From Botryllus schlosseri (lineage: Eukaryota): a DNA stretch of 64,000 nt. The stretch covers positions 2,668,001-2,732,000 of the forward strand of contig CM119378.1 of NCBI GenBank assembly GCA_051294905.1. The letters are read 5' to 3'. The translations under genes were made by a program, and so were the position numbers. Position 1 is the first letter of the stretch. Each line of letters opens with the position of its first letter. Positions 11,975 through 26,680 of the stretch are shown here, piece by piece. The notes under the pieces are model-generated. The model was not told the origin of the DNA. It saw nothing but the letters and a program-made list of their open reading frames with translations, and searched no databases.

Positions 11975-14900
11975 GAGGAGGAGACTTGAACAACTAGAAA
12001 TTTTTAAGCTTGTCCGATGTCCGATCAGAGTTCTCTCGCATGAACATGAGAGCGGCAAATGTCTGTGCACCAAGATGGGCTCGTTTTGCTCTATTAAGTT
12101 CTCCTGCAGCATTTTCATGGAATGCTAAAAATTAGATTAGAATTAGAATTAGAGCAAGGAAAAATTTAACGAATTAGATTACCGGCATCTCGCTCTAATT
12201 AGTCTAATTACACAACCATCATGCACTAGTTATCCAAGTCTGCCCAGGAGCATTAGAATTACAAGGCACGTGGTTTACGATAGTAGCGTGCAGTTGAATG
12301 TCGTTGAGATTGATATCTCTCTGAATTTCATGTCTCCTAGTTTTATGCATCACTGAAATGGTCAAGTCAATAGACCTATGACGCTTCCGTCCATATTTCC
12401 CGCGATCTATTCCACTCGAATTTCAAAATTTTGTTAGCCTTGCACTATAGATTGACGCATCATCACCAAAGGGTAAGATTTATACAGAAGTGGCTCACAA
12501 CCAGATGTTATCTAGTCCTCGAAGGCTGCAAAGGGACGATGTCACGGGAATCACAAGCTTAATCAGTGCTGAAGAAATGAAGAGTGCACGCGGAACAGAT
12601 ATATGATTTTGGGTGGTGTGATAGCTGAATATAGGAAGTTTGACCTTTGGTATCTTTTTGCGGAGTCGATATCGCGTTGGGGGCCACGGGATATAAATCT
12701 TTGGAATAAGACGCTACAACGTGCCTAACATTTTGAAGTACTATGTTTTACTATATTCCATAAAACTAATCGGTAATCTAGTAGTCTATATATATACAAT
12801 ATATATATATACATAGTATGCTCCAATTTTTATCGGATCTATCTTAGGCCTATTCAATAATAATCTCCTCGAAATATTAATTGTGTGATTCTGATGAGCT
12901 TTGTGTAACAGCCGCCGTTCGCGCATGATCAGGTTGCCTTCCTAATAATTCGATACCCGCTGCAAAAGATTTCATGCTCAAAAGGGAATCCTATTCTGTC
13001 GTCTACCGAATCACACCATCACCCTAGAATCATTAATTGTAATCATAATTGTAGCGCTATAGCCACAACGTTGATGTGATGTGCATTGGCTCGATCGGAT
13101 TATGTACATTGTACATATTTTCGAACTAGATATCGATCCATTTGTTACTTATAGTGATGAAGATGATGAATAGAATTGAATCTCACCATCTCAAGAGCCG
13201 CATACTACTCGCAACGGTGGTCGGATGTATCTCAGGTATGTGAGCGATCTATTATGAGTAGAGCGGTTATTTTTGAGATGTCAAAAAAATTAAAAATTCT
13301 GTCAGAATTGTAATGTTAGGTAAAAAATGTATAAAGTCAAAGTTTTGTCCACTCATTGTGAATCATAAACCATCAAATGAAGCAAACAAGTTGATATAGG
13401 GTGATGATCAACAAACCTAAAAACACGTGAAATTTTTAGTATAGGTCCGAAGCTTTTAAGATCTCACGCCGACATCTCAAATCTGAATCTGAAACTTAGG
13501 GTTGCATTTAAAACAAATGGTTGTTTCAAACATTTTGTTCTAAACATGGTTTAAACAGTGTTTTAAACCCAGGCCTTTTTATAAAAAACAAAATTGTGTA
13601 TAGTCCTATTTTCATATCTGAGAATTCTCTTGTCAACACTCGGCAGTCATAATCTTTCATGCCATCAAACTGTTCCTTGTTATTGTTAGATTCCTGGTTG
13701 GATTTTGTGATGTCAAGATAACTGGGACGCAAAATTTGTAACTATTATATAGGGGGGGGGGGTTCTAAAAAAGTTCAAGAAGCACTGTATTAGAATTTTA
13801 TATCAAATCAAAAATGTCAGTAGTTAAATGCTTGTCCATAATTCAAGCAAGGAAACATCCAATTTTGAATTGATTTTGAAGTCATGTAAAAACTGCTAAT
13901 TTCATGATTAATTGCTTCAATTAATTTTATTCAGATAAGGGAGGAATTTAAAAGATTGATGACAACAGTTACACTTACGTCAATGAAGAAAAATTACGTT
14001 GAGATGCTCCGGACATTTGATAAGATGACACAAAGTTCTTCCGATGAAGAAGTGAGATCTGTCATTCATCTATTTAGTCATCCCTCTCAATTCAAAACAA
14101 CTGTGATATTATACATTTAAATTTATGTTTGTCATTTGTTGACCGCTTTGCTTAAGTCATTCGTCAAGATGAGTCATTACGCCAATCTATAAAATTGATG
14201 TTCCTATGTTTGTTGACTAATGCCTTTAATCATAATCTTAGCGTAAGTCGTTAATCAAGAACATCATCATATTACGCACATCTATGAAACTGGTGTGCCT
14301 CCATGTTTGCTGATTAATGCTATTAATCATAATGTAGAACGATATTATTTTTAGGGAGATGAGGTTGATGAAGTGAACACTCTTCTGCTCCTCCAAGCGA
14401 AGTTGAAAGACAAAAGAATAAAAGTCAAGTCCCAAGTGGACGCTCTCTCACTGAACCAGGTAATACTATCTTCAGTGTTGTGCAATATACCAATTTGATG
14501 CAATATTTTGTTAATAATCTTATAGATAGAGTAAAAAATCCTTTATTCCTGCTTGGCCGGATACCAGTGCTTGTCAATCTCGATATCATATAGTTGTTAC
14601 GTTTTGAATGCGTTTCCTGTAAACTACTTCCTCCCATATTATGACTAGTATTATCATCAATCATGTCAAAATGTACAGATCATGTAGGCAGTGGTAGGAT
14701 TTTACATATAACAGACAGCACATCTAATGAGAATCTATATAACCTATTTGAAATATTTGTTTTCGTGGCAAATTTGGAATCTTTCTTCTCATTTTTTCAA
14801 GGCACACAACTTGGATTTGAGCAGCAAAAAGATGGAACCACCACACCTTATTATTACGCGCCACGAATCAGGAAGTCACCAAGGCTGGGTAGTAGCTGAC

Positions 14901-15821
14901 GGAAAGGTTATCAAGTGCTTGGGAGGAGACGGTGTTTTCGGAATGGTTCTTGACCTTCTGAGCTGTTATTATGCTCTGGACTTGGCTTATCCAAAAGACT
15001 TCCAGATTTTGGGTTTTTTGCAGCAGATCGTAGTGAAGGATAGCAAAAGTCCATTCTTTAAATCTGCCAAATTTATAGACTTTGAGAAACGCTTTCTTGG
15101 TTTTTAAGAGAATTGAAAGTGATTAACATTACCAAGATACAGACTTGGGCAACTAGATCATTTTGGTTGTCAAATTGGATTAATTAAGCAAAATGCCAGT
15201 AATTTAATTCCAATCAGGAGGCCACAGTAAAACTTTATAGTACGAATCGAGCCAGGTCCAAGTTGACATGAAATCAGCAATTCTAATCTAATTTGAGAAA
15301 AACTAGCCATAATTCTAATTTTAGTTCAATCTGGAAATAACTGAAGCTATAATTCTAATTCAACTCTAATTTTGAAAAAATCCCAGTAGTTGTAATTGTT
15401 ATTCTGGTCTAATTTAGCGAAACGCCGTTAATTTAATTCAAATATAATTTGTTAAAGCTTTTATTGCTCCAATTCCAATCTAATTGCAGGTTTTTCTGTA
15501 AATGCTACAAGAGAACTGTATTGTGCAAAACGAGCCAGGCTTGCTGTACTGACATTTGCAGTGCTGATTACTAGAAAGAACTCTGATTTGATATTAAAAA
15601 GAATTGATTCAATGTCCATGTTTTGGGGTAATTGGTTATTCTAATTCTAATATAATTTGCAGATAAGCTAGTTATAATTCTAATTTAAATCCAGTTTGCA
15701 AATAACTTCTAAGCTATTCTTCTAATAAGACTTTAATTGGGAAATAAATCTTGGTAGTTGTTTTTCTAACTAATCAAATATGATAAAGAGTAAAATTTTC
15801 TGGTTGTTCAAGTCTGCCCTG
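11975..15821. mobile_element. CMC (EnSpm/Mirage)-like DNA transposon with long imperfect subterminal inverted repeats
   Basis: agacttgaacaactagaaatttt (11982) mirrored at 15793-15815, and 12023-12115 mirrored at 15500-15590. Carries a SAMD3-like gene. Confidence 0.6.
13935..15107 (+). CDS. 3' exons (13935-14051, 14355-14459, 14802-15107) of a SAMD3-like transposon accessory protein. 5' part missing
   Basis: Three phase-0 exons with canonical ag/gt splice open into IREEFKRL...EPPHLII...LLSCYYALDLAYPKDFQILGFLQ..., the YYxxxLxYP...FxQ pattern of this family. Confidence 0.65.
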
Positions 15822-16299
15822 ATGTACATACTTGTGATGTAACTACACAAATTTCGTTTACGCCAGCCATATTAGCAGGCACAATTTCTTTATGGGGTCA
15901 GGGAAAAACCTGAATTGAGTTTTAGTGGTGGTGATACATTCGTTAATAAGCTAACGTAGAATATACTTTTGGATGCGATACTGATACTAACATGTTTTGA
16001 ACGGATTCAATAAAATCTGAATTTATTTTGAGCCCTGTGTTGACGTGCCAGGTCAAGCGGCCTTTCAGTGAACACTTCAAGGATGAACACTTGTTAGGAC
16101 AACACTTTGAATTTGAACACTTCACAACACTTATAAGTGTTCATTTTTGGATCACATTTCGTGTTCAATTTTCCGGGTTGAGCAACACTTCAGAATTTAG
16201 AGTGATGCTGTAGAAAATCCATAAACACTGACTACTCAACATTATTACCAATACAGAGTGAATCAATGCCTTCTACTCAAGATCAGCTTCTTCCAGGCT

Positions 16300-16860
16300 C
16301 GTTGTTTTTTCATCAATAATCTATAATATGAGACCCTACAACGAGGCATTTTTGAGATTTTCCAAATTTTGGACAACCCTATTACACATGAAAGTTAGCC
16401 ATGACGTGACTTCGTAATGAGAAGGCCATAACATATCGTTCACATACCTGAGATGCATCCGAACATCATTGCAAGTAGAATGCGGCTCTTCAAAGATTGA
16501 GATTCAACTTCATGCATCCTCGATTCCACTTCCACGTGGATGAATATATAATTTAAACATGTATACAAAATCTGATCTAGACAATATACATTAAACCAAA
16601 CTCATCGTTAGTCATGACACCCTGAGGAAACCTACATGATATATGCATTGTATAATTACAAATAGGGATGCTCGGCGGTGTCATTCGACAGACGATATAA
16701 TAAAAATTCCTTTTGCTCATTAATTCCCACACAGTAAATATAGAATGATTAGGAATGCAACCTGAACATACTGGTACGGCGTTTGATATAGGCCTACAAA
16801 GCGATGTTCAAGTTCAGAATCACATTATAGATATTGCAAGGTGACATTTAATGAATAAGG
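16300..16860 (-). repeat. Dispersed repeat, inverted relative to 12860-13300 and 45780-45960
   Basis: cacatacctgagatgcatccga (16441) is the reverse complement of tcggatgtatctcaggtatgtg (13221). Confidence 0.7.
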
Positions 16861-17017
16861 TTGATGCGATGAAATCCAGTAGACTCCGGTATTCAAGCCT
16901 AGCCCTTCGATGCAAAGACTGACACCCTGCAGCCCGTAATACTATGCCCGCTCCGCAAAAAGGCAAACAATTTCACTATTTGCTACTGCATCACCAGTAG
17001 CGGAGTTGGTTATATGC

Positions 17018-17300
17018 CAGGGTTACCATATTTTGTAATCGGGAAATGAGGACACTTTTTCAAAATTTCCAAACTTGGAATACTGAAGTAAAATCCGGAA
17101 AAAATGGTAAATTTGTGGTTTATTGACCAAAAAAAGTCGTCACTTTCGTTCGAACCACGAATTTCCTGTTTAGCGTCATTTATGCCCATTTTAACTCGAA
17201 TATATACACTATCGTAGCTCTAAAAGCTGTGAAGGAGGACACTTTCAAAAATCTGAAAAAAAAGGACAAATCCTCCTAAATGAAGACATTGGTAACCTTA
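17018..17300. mobile_element. hAT MITE (cagggttacc family)
   Basis: 8-bp TSD ttatatgc. Confidence 0.85.
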
Positions 17301-18199
17301 TTATATGCCCCATGTGTTGTGTCACAGTCTCCAATGCTTAGTGCGAGAGTGTGCGTCGTGCGCGCGTGTATTCGCCGCGTTCTGGAGCGTGTCGTCTGTG
17401 ACCACTTTGAAGTCACATTTTCTCGTCGGAATTCACCAGTGTGACGTCATCTTGAAAACTTGCCTCCCCTGACCGCACGTCACTGCTGTATAGCTACATG
17501 CTACAGTCTGTTATTATTACCAGCCAAGAGGATCGAATGCGAAGCCTCGAGAAGTTGAAACAAATTGATATGGTATAATACACTACCCAACCCATTTACA
17601 TTCTACACATATGTGAGAATATAAACGAATTAACTATATTCGCTCGATTTAAATCATGCTTGGGGGTTGATAGAGGTGATCACTGCGCAATGTAATCAAT
17701 GAGCCGCCTAGGAAACAGAGATATATTGCTATTAGAATAATCTACTGCTTCTACGACAACGTAAGCTGTGATCTTTCGTTTGTGGTCAATTTATTTGTGA
17801 TGTAACAATATAAGATTAGTGAAACGTACAGATAGTGAATGACTGAATGCGGTTACTATCGCAATTACGTGACACAGGCGAGTCGCGAACAATACGAACA
17901 TACACAAACACATTGATTTTATCAACACCATTTACTTGATGACTTGAAATTGACTCGCAAATTTTTCAATCCGCATTTTTGAAGCACCGAGTCAAGTCAA
18001 GTCATTTTTGCAAAGTGACTCAGGTCAAGTCAAGTCATACGAAAAAGTGGACCGTGTTTACAAGTCGGCAGCTACGGAATAAAAATGAAGAAAATTGTCC
18101 TGGTGTAAAGGACCATAGTAGTCGACAAACACCATGCATAACACAAACAAACAAAACCAACGATAGCCGTATACACTATTCACTATTGCAACTTTGCTA

Positions 18200-18950
18200 A
18201 ACGCCATTCCGATTGCTCATTTTCACGTTACTGCCATATATACTGTATTCCTGCATGCAGCGGTTAGATAACACGTTGACGACATTATTGGCTCTGTTTT
18301 CATTTTTTCACGTAAATCATTGTTATTCTTACACTGTGAATCACGAACACTCGTCTCGGTATAACTACGCAACTGAGAGTGAACTGAACTGATCATGATC
18401 AGAACGAGGGTAGATATCGCATGAACTGGATGGTTTTCCGTGTATTTCCAGTCCTTTGCATGAGTAATCTGCGTGAGTAAATTTCGATGCGTAACATAGC
18501 ATTTATTCTCATAGTAGATTATATGCACAGTATCTTCAGTTTAACATTTAGAATTCCAGGTGAAGCCATGCCTTGCATATAATTTATCACTCTACGACCA
18601 CGATGACCGACCGTTGACATCCAACGCCAACATCGTGACATGCGGATCTACTAGTCGGAAATTTCAATCTGTTTCTGATCACTTTCACTATACCATCAGT
18701 CACATCACGTCAAAACGAATATAGCTTGTTTAAGTATATCACAACTCGTCGGCTAGAAAAGGAACGTTCCTTTCCAGCTATATAATCTTTTAACCGACGC
18801 CAACATTATCGTCAATGTATTGCAATTTATAAGGGAATCAAAGGTTCAGATTTCACTACCCAGTCATTTGGTATTTAAGTCATATTGGGAAATATTTTTG
18901 CATCATATACGTCGTAATGCCTCATTTTCCGTGGTGAAAAGAGTCTCTGA
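18200..18950 (-). repeat. Dispersed repeat, inverted copy of 41220-42330 lacking the ribozyme insertion
   Basis: Colinear reverse-complement similarity over ~750 bp. Confidence 0.8.
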
Positions 18951-19206
18951 TGCGAAAGGTACAATTAAATGATTTTATTAATAAGAAGAATTATGATTAC
19001 CATACCTTACATTTCCTCGACCACGGCAAATGATGAACAAAGTATACAATTCACCCGCGGGGTGAATAACCAGGGGATCGTGCGATAAATTTGTGCATCA
19101 CGCCGAGGCGAAGTTGGATAACCACTCCCATTTTAATAATGTGTTTTAGCACAGTTTCACTCGATATTCAAGCCTACAGAGAGATTCAACCTCTAGCATT
19201 GCGCTT

Positions 19207-21138
19207 CAGACATGGGGTGATTACTTCATGAATGTAATCGATTGCGATTACGATTACTTCTGAATAACGCGATTACGATTACGATTACGATTACAGCAAA
19301 ATCAGGACGTAGTCGATTACGATTACGATTACATTGGAAAAGTAATCACGATTACTTCTTAGAACTAATATTAGAAGATATATTGGAGACAATATGAGGA
19401 TTGCGCTGAAAAGGTCTAATGAGATGACAACTTTCTTGAAAAATGATGCGTCATTAGCTTGTTACGTCATAATGTACCCATTGCCCATTTTTATAGAGGA
19501 CGGTTTATCGCACTCACGATTTGCATTCATGCCAGATCCGTAACTGCTGCATCCTAGATTACCCAATAGTGTGGGGAGAGAGCTCTAAGGGGAATAAAAA
19601 GTATTTAGTAAAACCAACATAAATTGTAGAGTATTTTCAAGAGATTTATTTAACATGAAAATTTTCTTCGAGCTTCGAGATTTAAATTTCTTTAGATATC
19701 TTGATTTTGAAATGTATACGTCTTCCCATCATGAAAAAAGCATGTCCAATTTATAGGAATAGGTGTTTCGGTGCCGGTCATTACCACGCCACCACATACC
19801 AAAATACATGTGCAGTTTCGGCCAACATGCGACTCCACAAAGTCAATAGCCGCGCTGGGTGGGCGAGACTAATAGCCCTGTCCTTCCAATCTAAGCCTAC
19901 AATGCAGATGCCTCCCGTGGCAGCCAAAGAGAATTAAAGACATGACTATTCGTGTGTGCCTCTCACGAAGGTTTTTCTTTTAGTCTGCTACGTTTGGGCG
20001 ACTGCAATATCTTCTGATTACATAACAGAGCGGAAGTCACGAAATAAAACATGCACTAAAGTAATTATAACAAAATACCAGATGTTGTAATTATGAATTA
20101 TGTGCCACCAGCTCTACAGGTAAATCTGACCATCGGGGGCTGAGAGCGGATTAAAAAGGAATAGTAATATTATGCAATTACCAATATTATTACCGAAATT
20201 CGGTCTTCAACTTGAAAATTGACAGCCCTCTTGGGGGACCAAACCAACGTTTGGAGTGGGGAACGAATTTCTGTTATTGTCCTGATTCTGGCTGCAACCC
20301 ACGCTAACATGGCATATAAGCGGATGACTATGGCGGCAGGTCCAAATGTTGAGTAAAGAATTGTGAAATAACGATTGGCGCCCGTTTCAAGTAAAGTCAT
20401 ATGGGAATAAGCTAAAGTGAACATAAAATTATGCCTTCAACTTAATACAGATACTGCAAGAACTGCTCGGTAATGACATATATCAGCAGCTGTTGATTTT
20501 TAATGCTTCGTTGTGGAAACTGTAATGTTTTATTTGACGAGTACAAAATATAAAATCTTTGCCCGGTGTACGTACGTACTATGGGCCTACTGCTCGCCAA
20601 GCAGCAGCGGGCAAACTACGTTTAACTAAGCATAACCAAACATCAATACATAAGTTACTATTTGAAACTAAGCAGAGTGGTGATAAATTATCCTGCTGAG
20701 AAGTAGTAGCGTTTCGAGTGTATTGAAAACCTGATATAGAGCACGGTTGGTGTTCTTACTATCACACTACAATGAACATCGAATATCTATTTACGATATG
20801 TGGATACTTCTTACGCAATAACCAGCAAAGCTAATACTTCTGACGAAATAATGAGCACAGCTGAGCAGTGACGTTTGAAAATCAGACGTTCATGCTATCA
20901 CTAACCAGGTATAATATCTCTTCGTGTACGAATCAGTAGGCTATCTGTCATAGTCATTGCACGAATAAAAAGTAATCGTTCTTTCACAAAGAAATCGATT
21001 AAATATGGGAAGTAGTCGATTACGATTACGATTACTTCGTAATTTTTTCAAATGTAATCGATTGCGATTACGATTACTTGAAAATGCTGTAATCGTCGTA
21101 ATCGATTACGATTACTAATCGCGATTACCCCATGTCTG
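19207..21138. mobile_element. Non-autonomous hAT with (gattac)n subterminal arrays
   Basis: TIR cagacatgggg / ccccatgtctg and 8-bp TSD ttgcgctt. Confidence 0.9.
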
Positions 21139-21229
21139 TTGCGCTTAAGTGCATACAGAACAGTTGCGGATTTTGTTGTAGATCACGGCTGATCCACTTT
21201 TTTTCAATTCGTATAAAGTTAATGGCGTC

Positions 21230-21660
21230 GATGTACGTTTTGTTGTCAGCACCTCTAACGATTCCGAACAGCCTGCGAGAGATACACCGGATCCTCAACT
21301 TCTCACGGTTTCGGCAACCAGTAACAGAGTGTCCTAACTACGAAGAGAAATCAATCAAAGAATGTATGATCTGTGCAGATACACATCCCGCCAAGAGCGA
21401 CAAATACCCAGGTCCGATGGTTGTATGGTATAAATGTGACAAGCTTGGACATTTCAGGAAATTCTGTAAATCCAGTAGAAAATTCCTGGTTGGTGCTCCG
21501 CAATATTTGAAGGACTCGACCATGCTCCTGGTAAGTGCACGGCGGACATTCGATGCCATGCTATCAAAAGTTTCAGCAAACTAGATATTGCTATCAAACT
21601 TATTGGTTTATTTCCACAAGGATCAACTTAAAGCATCAAATTGGCTTTCAAAAGATGCCC
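21230..21660 (+). pseudogene. Gypsy gag relic (double zinc knuckle)
   Basis: CMICADTH...P...(C>W)YKCDKLGHFRKFCKS resembles CxxC-H-CPA-CxxCxKxGHFxxxC. Confidence 0.65.
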
Positions 21661-22308
21661 CATGACAATGTTCCCTTTAATTTTCCACGAGTTTGCTCGC
21701 ACTCACCAACTCACTGCGCGGTCCCTTGGACAACGGTGAGTAACATTTATTTGGGTCCCGATACAGAGGGCAATGTGTTGACTAAAAAAAATAACGGACA
21801 TCACTTCGGTTTATTTATGCGCGGAACAGATTTTTCTGTGCCCGCATACATTGTCAGCAGTGCGCGGCCGCGCAAGCGCGCATCTTACAGGGAACATTGC
21901 GGCCCACGGATGGTCTAGGACCCAGGTTACCGTCGTATTCACTGTTGCGTCACTTAAGTGCACTCATCAATTTGGCATATTCGATTAATTATTTATGTGC
22001 ACTGTGCAGACTTCGTCCTCGGACTCGATTTCATGAGATTGCACAAGAAGGCTATTTTATAATTAAAAGACTGCAAGAACAAGCCATTTGCAGTAAGCTC
22101 GTCACTTGTGTGCATACTGAACAGCTGCAAGTTTTGAAAATTTATTAATTCATTTTTTTCGCAGCAATGTTGCTCCATACATCAATCTACCGGTCGTCAT
22201 TTCTTGCTAGTAAGATCCCTTTAATGGCGGCGTGGCGCTATTCAACCTTTTGTCAGAATGATTCACCCTTTTATCGTTTACTCAAAACTTGTACACCACA
22301 GTCTACAC

Positions 22309-22771
22309 CAGAGGTCTCAAACTCAAATGCGCTCGAGGGCCAATTTCTTAATTTCTGATGACGCCACGGCCCACAGCAGCAATAATAGGGGTATTCAATG
22401 TATAATATACAAGCAGGCCTTATTTGACGGCACCTTGTAGACAGGCATTCCACAAACATCGCAAAAATGTAATTTACTATTATACTATTCACGCTTGGCA
22501 CGAAAAATTTTATGTAGAATATTTTAAAATTTACTAAATATTGATCTGATATCAGAGCATGCGAGCGGTGTGGCCTAATCCGGGTTTCTGATATAGTCGT
22601 GATATTGTTACTGTCATTGCCAAGGTCAAGTCAAACCAGCGTTAGAACTTCAAGTTTGTAAATCTAAAAAAGATATATGACCCTTGGATATATTGTCGAA
22701 TAGTTGAAATTCCAAAATGCCTTCGCGGGCCGCACAAAATGTTCTCGCGGGGCGCGTGTTTGAGGCCTCTG
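22309..22771. mobile_element. hAT MITE
   Basis: cagaggtctcaaac / gtttgaggcctctg, TSD gtctacac/gtctacag. Confidence 0.85.
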
Positions 22772-23025
22772 GTCTACAGTCTACATAATACACCGAATCC
22801 GTAGTAATCCTAATCGGAATAATGATGACCAATGTCGCAAGGAGAAAGTATAGGAAATGCTAAATACCAAGTAACAATCAGGGCTCGGGACTACCTGCCC
22901 TGCACGATCTAGCAATATATGACCTCGCTTACCGAAACATGCCACTTTATTTTCATCGCTTTTCTTTTTATGTCATCTTCTATTACTTCAATAAATGCAT
23001 GTCTTTTATTTTAATTTTCTAGCTC

Positions 23026-25343
23026 CCTGGGATCGAGAACCTTTTTTGTCCAAAGAGCCATTTTTGCCCTGTTTTTTTCATTTCAACTCCCAAAGAGCCA
23101 TACATGTAAATCATCTGTGACGTCACAATTAAAAATTCTGTGACGTCATTATAGCTCTAATTCGAAATCACTACATGGGATTCGTCGTGTGCGCCACATT
23201 TTCTCGGTAAAAGCTCGTACTAATCATGCTGGCTGCCTTATTCAAGCGTGCGAAACTTGAGTTCCGAGAACGTAGATTCGTCGAGATGCTCCTATCAAAC
23301 ACGAGAATCCATGATCACATGCGTAAGTTGGGCCAAACATGGTCACTACAGCAGTATATAAGCCTATACCGACTCTATGCTGTGATACATCAGTGACGTC
23401 GGATCGGAGGAGGAAGTGAGGTAGTACCTCACCTGTCATCAGGATGAGTGAACGAAAATTGTGAAACCTTCCATTACTATATTGGTGTTTTCTATCGATG
23501 TTCGTGAATGACAAGAGTTTGAACATTTTTCTCCAAAATCACACAATTTGCATATTTATTGCTCTGAAATAAAGCGCGAAACGAGAGGTCAGGTACCATT
23601 GATAACACAATTCATCGTAAATCGCTTAGAATTTTTTATAACTGATATCAGTCGAATCTAACTGTCGCACTGATTCCGAAAATCTAAATACTGATCGAAT
23701 TCTCAATTCTCAAAGTATTCGGCGGTAACACGTAACGTTGCGCTACACGCCTACATTTTATCGCCCGTAGCCTACTGTCGTAGCCACTTACCAATCAAGA
23801 ACGTGGATAGCTATGACATTGTTTGTAATTCAAGTTTGTGATTATGAATGTAACGTCCACGACAGTTCATTTCGCGCCGTAGATCATGTAGATATTGTGT
23901 ATTTGAAAACTGGGTTTCACCATGGGCGTCACCATGCCTTCTATTCTCTTTGGTCAATCAACGTATATCGTGCAATGCAAGATTTCGAATCGGGTACATC
24001 GAATTCGCGAGTCACATTGGTCGCGAACGCGACAGTAACTTAAATTTGAGAATTTTGAAAAGAGGTGGTCCTATAGTAGGGTTACCATATTTTTTTGATG
24101 TAAATTCCGGACACTCTTTAGCGCCGACTAGCGGATTTAGAAATGAGGTATTACACATTGAGTGTCAATATGACGTCACACTAGCAAAGCATTGCCTAAC
24201 GACTGTACATAAGAATGGAGTGGAGCACATCGGTCATGAATTGGGCCCTCTGTGATTTGAGCTCTGGTGATTGCTACTTGCTATGGTGTGCAATAGATTT
24301 CTCCACTGGCCGGATGACTGGATTGTGTTTGACAGCCCTGCTATATACTGTTAGGTCGGTGCGGCTATTTTAATCAGGTCCAAAACAACATTTTTTCGGC
24401 TCCCTTCCGCCCAAAAAAAGCACTGATCTCTAACCCAGCATAGGGTAATCGATGTAACTTCTTGGGCAATTATACTATATGCATTTGGCTGTGAAATTTT
24501 ATGAATGAATTCTTCAATAACATTGATTCTTCCATTAGGCTACCATAAAAAGCACCAGCAGGTTGCACATCCGGTGATTTCCAACCTATAATAGTCGCGA
24601 CCTCATTTCAAACTTAAATATGTTCCGTGTCCCAGATAAAAACTTGATAAGCTGCCCAAACTTACTCCCGGCCTAGGACGGTGATTACGCCAACATCATC
24701 GCGATCCCAAGATAAAGGTAAACGACCCCAAGATTTGGAACCACTATCTGTGACTAAAGCATCCAATCGGCCTTGACCAACTCTAGTACTATTCCGTTTG
24801 CTTATAATTGCGATTACCATTGGACTTATTTCAGTAAATAATGGTAATTTATATTTATTTTGATTGCATTTTTTGGCGAATGTGGTGCCTGGTGCCCATA
24901 CTAATATCAATATACGTTGCATTACTTCGCGCGCAGCGCGAAGAAGAATTTCGAATATCATAAATCTGCTTGAAAAAAATATTGTTTATGTTGATTTACG
25001 AAAAAATTTTGAGCCTACTTCAACCCTTCAAAATTCCGGACATTTAGACATATTTTAGAAATTCCTCCCGGACGCAGATTTTTCAGTGAAATTCCGGACA
25101 TGTCCGGGAAATTCCGGACGTATGGCAACCCTATCCTATAGGCTATAGCCACGAAACCTGTCTTTACCTCTTAGACATGTTTATACTGCCATGAGAATAA
25201 TTATTCTTGCAGTGATGAAAATTTACTAACAAGTTGCTGCAATATCGACCAATTCAGTAGAAAAATCAATATTTGGCTAAGAGCCATATCTTATACCCAA
25301 AAGAGCCATATATGGCTCGCGAACCGTAGGTTCCCGACCACTG
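23026..25343 (-). mobile_element. Degenerate hAT (SPIN/GTF2IRD2-type) with transposase C-terminal relic
   Basis: MFGPTYACDHGFS in ORF 23242-23526 (hAT dimerisation motif), aagagcca subterminal repeats at both ends, right TIR ggttcccgaccactg. Confidence 0.65.
24077..25133. mobile_element. Non-autonomous hAT (tagggttacc family)
   Basis: 8-bp TSD tcctatag. Confidence 0.9.
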
Positions 25344-26680
25344 AACTAGGCCAACAATTGACTTAGTCAGCGTATGTCCGTTATTATTGATATTGCAATA
25401 AACAACAGGGAAAACTGTAACCTGTAATTTATATGCTTGTATCGCATTTTGTGCCACAGTTGCAGGCCTAAAGATATTCGCGAGTATATTGTCAATTATT
25501 TTGAATTGCAATTGAGGAAAGGGCTACGATATAGGCTCATGCATTGACAGTGCTCTTTATGAATCGTCGATAGGTCATTTTTCAAATAAGTATTCGCTGG
25601 TCTCCTCCAAAGTTTGTGATAAAGATAAAAAATGACAGGACCGTAACTGCATCAGCCCAAACTCCTCAATTGGGGGGGGGGGGCGAGCTCGAAGGGTGCA
25701 TAAATTTATTTCGTTAAAATTGATAGCAATACATATGCGATTTCTGATATTTTTGACCGATTCAATCATGAATTTAATAAACTTTTCGCGCCTCGCGCGA
25801 TCAGACGAAATGAACTGGCTGACAAACAAGTAAAACTAACCTCGCTCACAAGTCGCGGTGAAAACGTAAATCATGATGACGGGTCTGGGGGGGAGGTATA
25901 TCACCCAATAGGGAGCCCATTACCAACTTTTTTGGTGGGATGACGAAGTGCTGTTTTGCCCCTGGGAAATGGCTGTAGGGGCCACTTGATCTATGCGGCT
26001 ACAGGTGAATATCTGGTCTTACTGGGAGCTGAGTTGGGCAACTAAAACACGTTAAGATTTTCCATATTGGAATTACTGAATTCGCGCAAAAACTCGGAAA
26101 TCGAAATAAATTAAGTATTAGAAAGATATGTAAGAGAATCAAGTTTTTTTCATATCAAATTAGCATTGATTCGCAAATATATAAAACCGACAAGGTTAGC
26201 TGAGGAACCTGTTTCGTATCACATCAGCCATCTTCACACGCAGGTTATCTAGGCCAGTGCTTCTCGACCGGTGGGTCGCGAAGCTATTTCAGGTGGGTCG
26301 CGAAGACGTTTTAAATGTTACACTTAGAAGCGGAGTTATTGAAGTTTTACGATGATTTTTCTCAGATTATCCTTCATTGGTGGATAATCCGAGGATTATC
26401 AACGAAAAAATCCAATGTCTCCGCTTCTACTTGTTAGAATTGAGTCAAATTTGTTTTGCATCCTCTCTGAAGACAGCTCAACAATTCCATGGGGTTGACA
26501 GAAAAATTTGATTTTTTTTTATTGTTCCTATTTAAATTAAAAATTTTAATTGGATCTGCGGAGCCCTATACTTGTTAGAATTGAACCAAATTTGGTGTGC
26601 ATCGTTTTTTAGGGTAACCTGACAATGTAATGACTGAATGGCTGGAATCTAGGACAAAAAGTTATTTTTGAACAGCCCTA

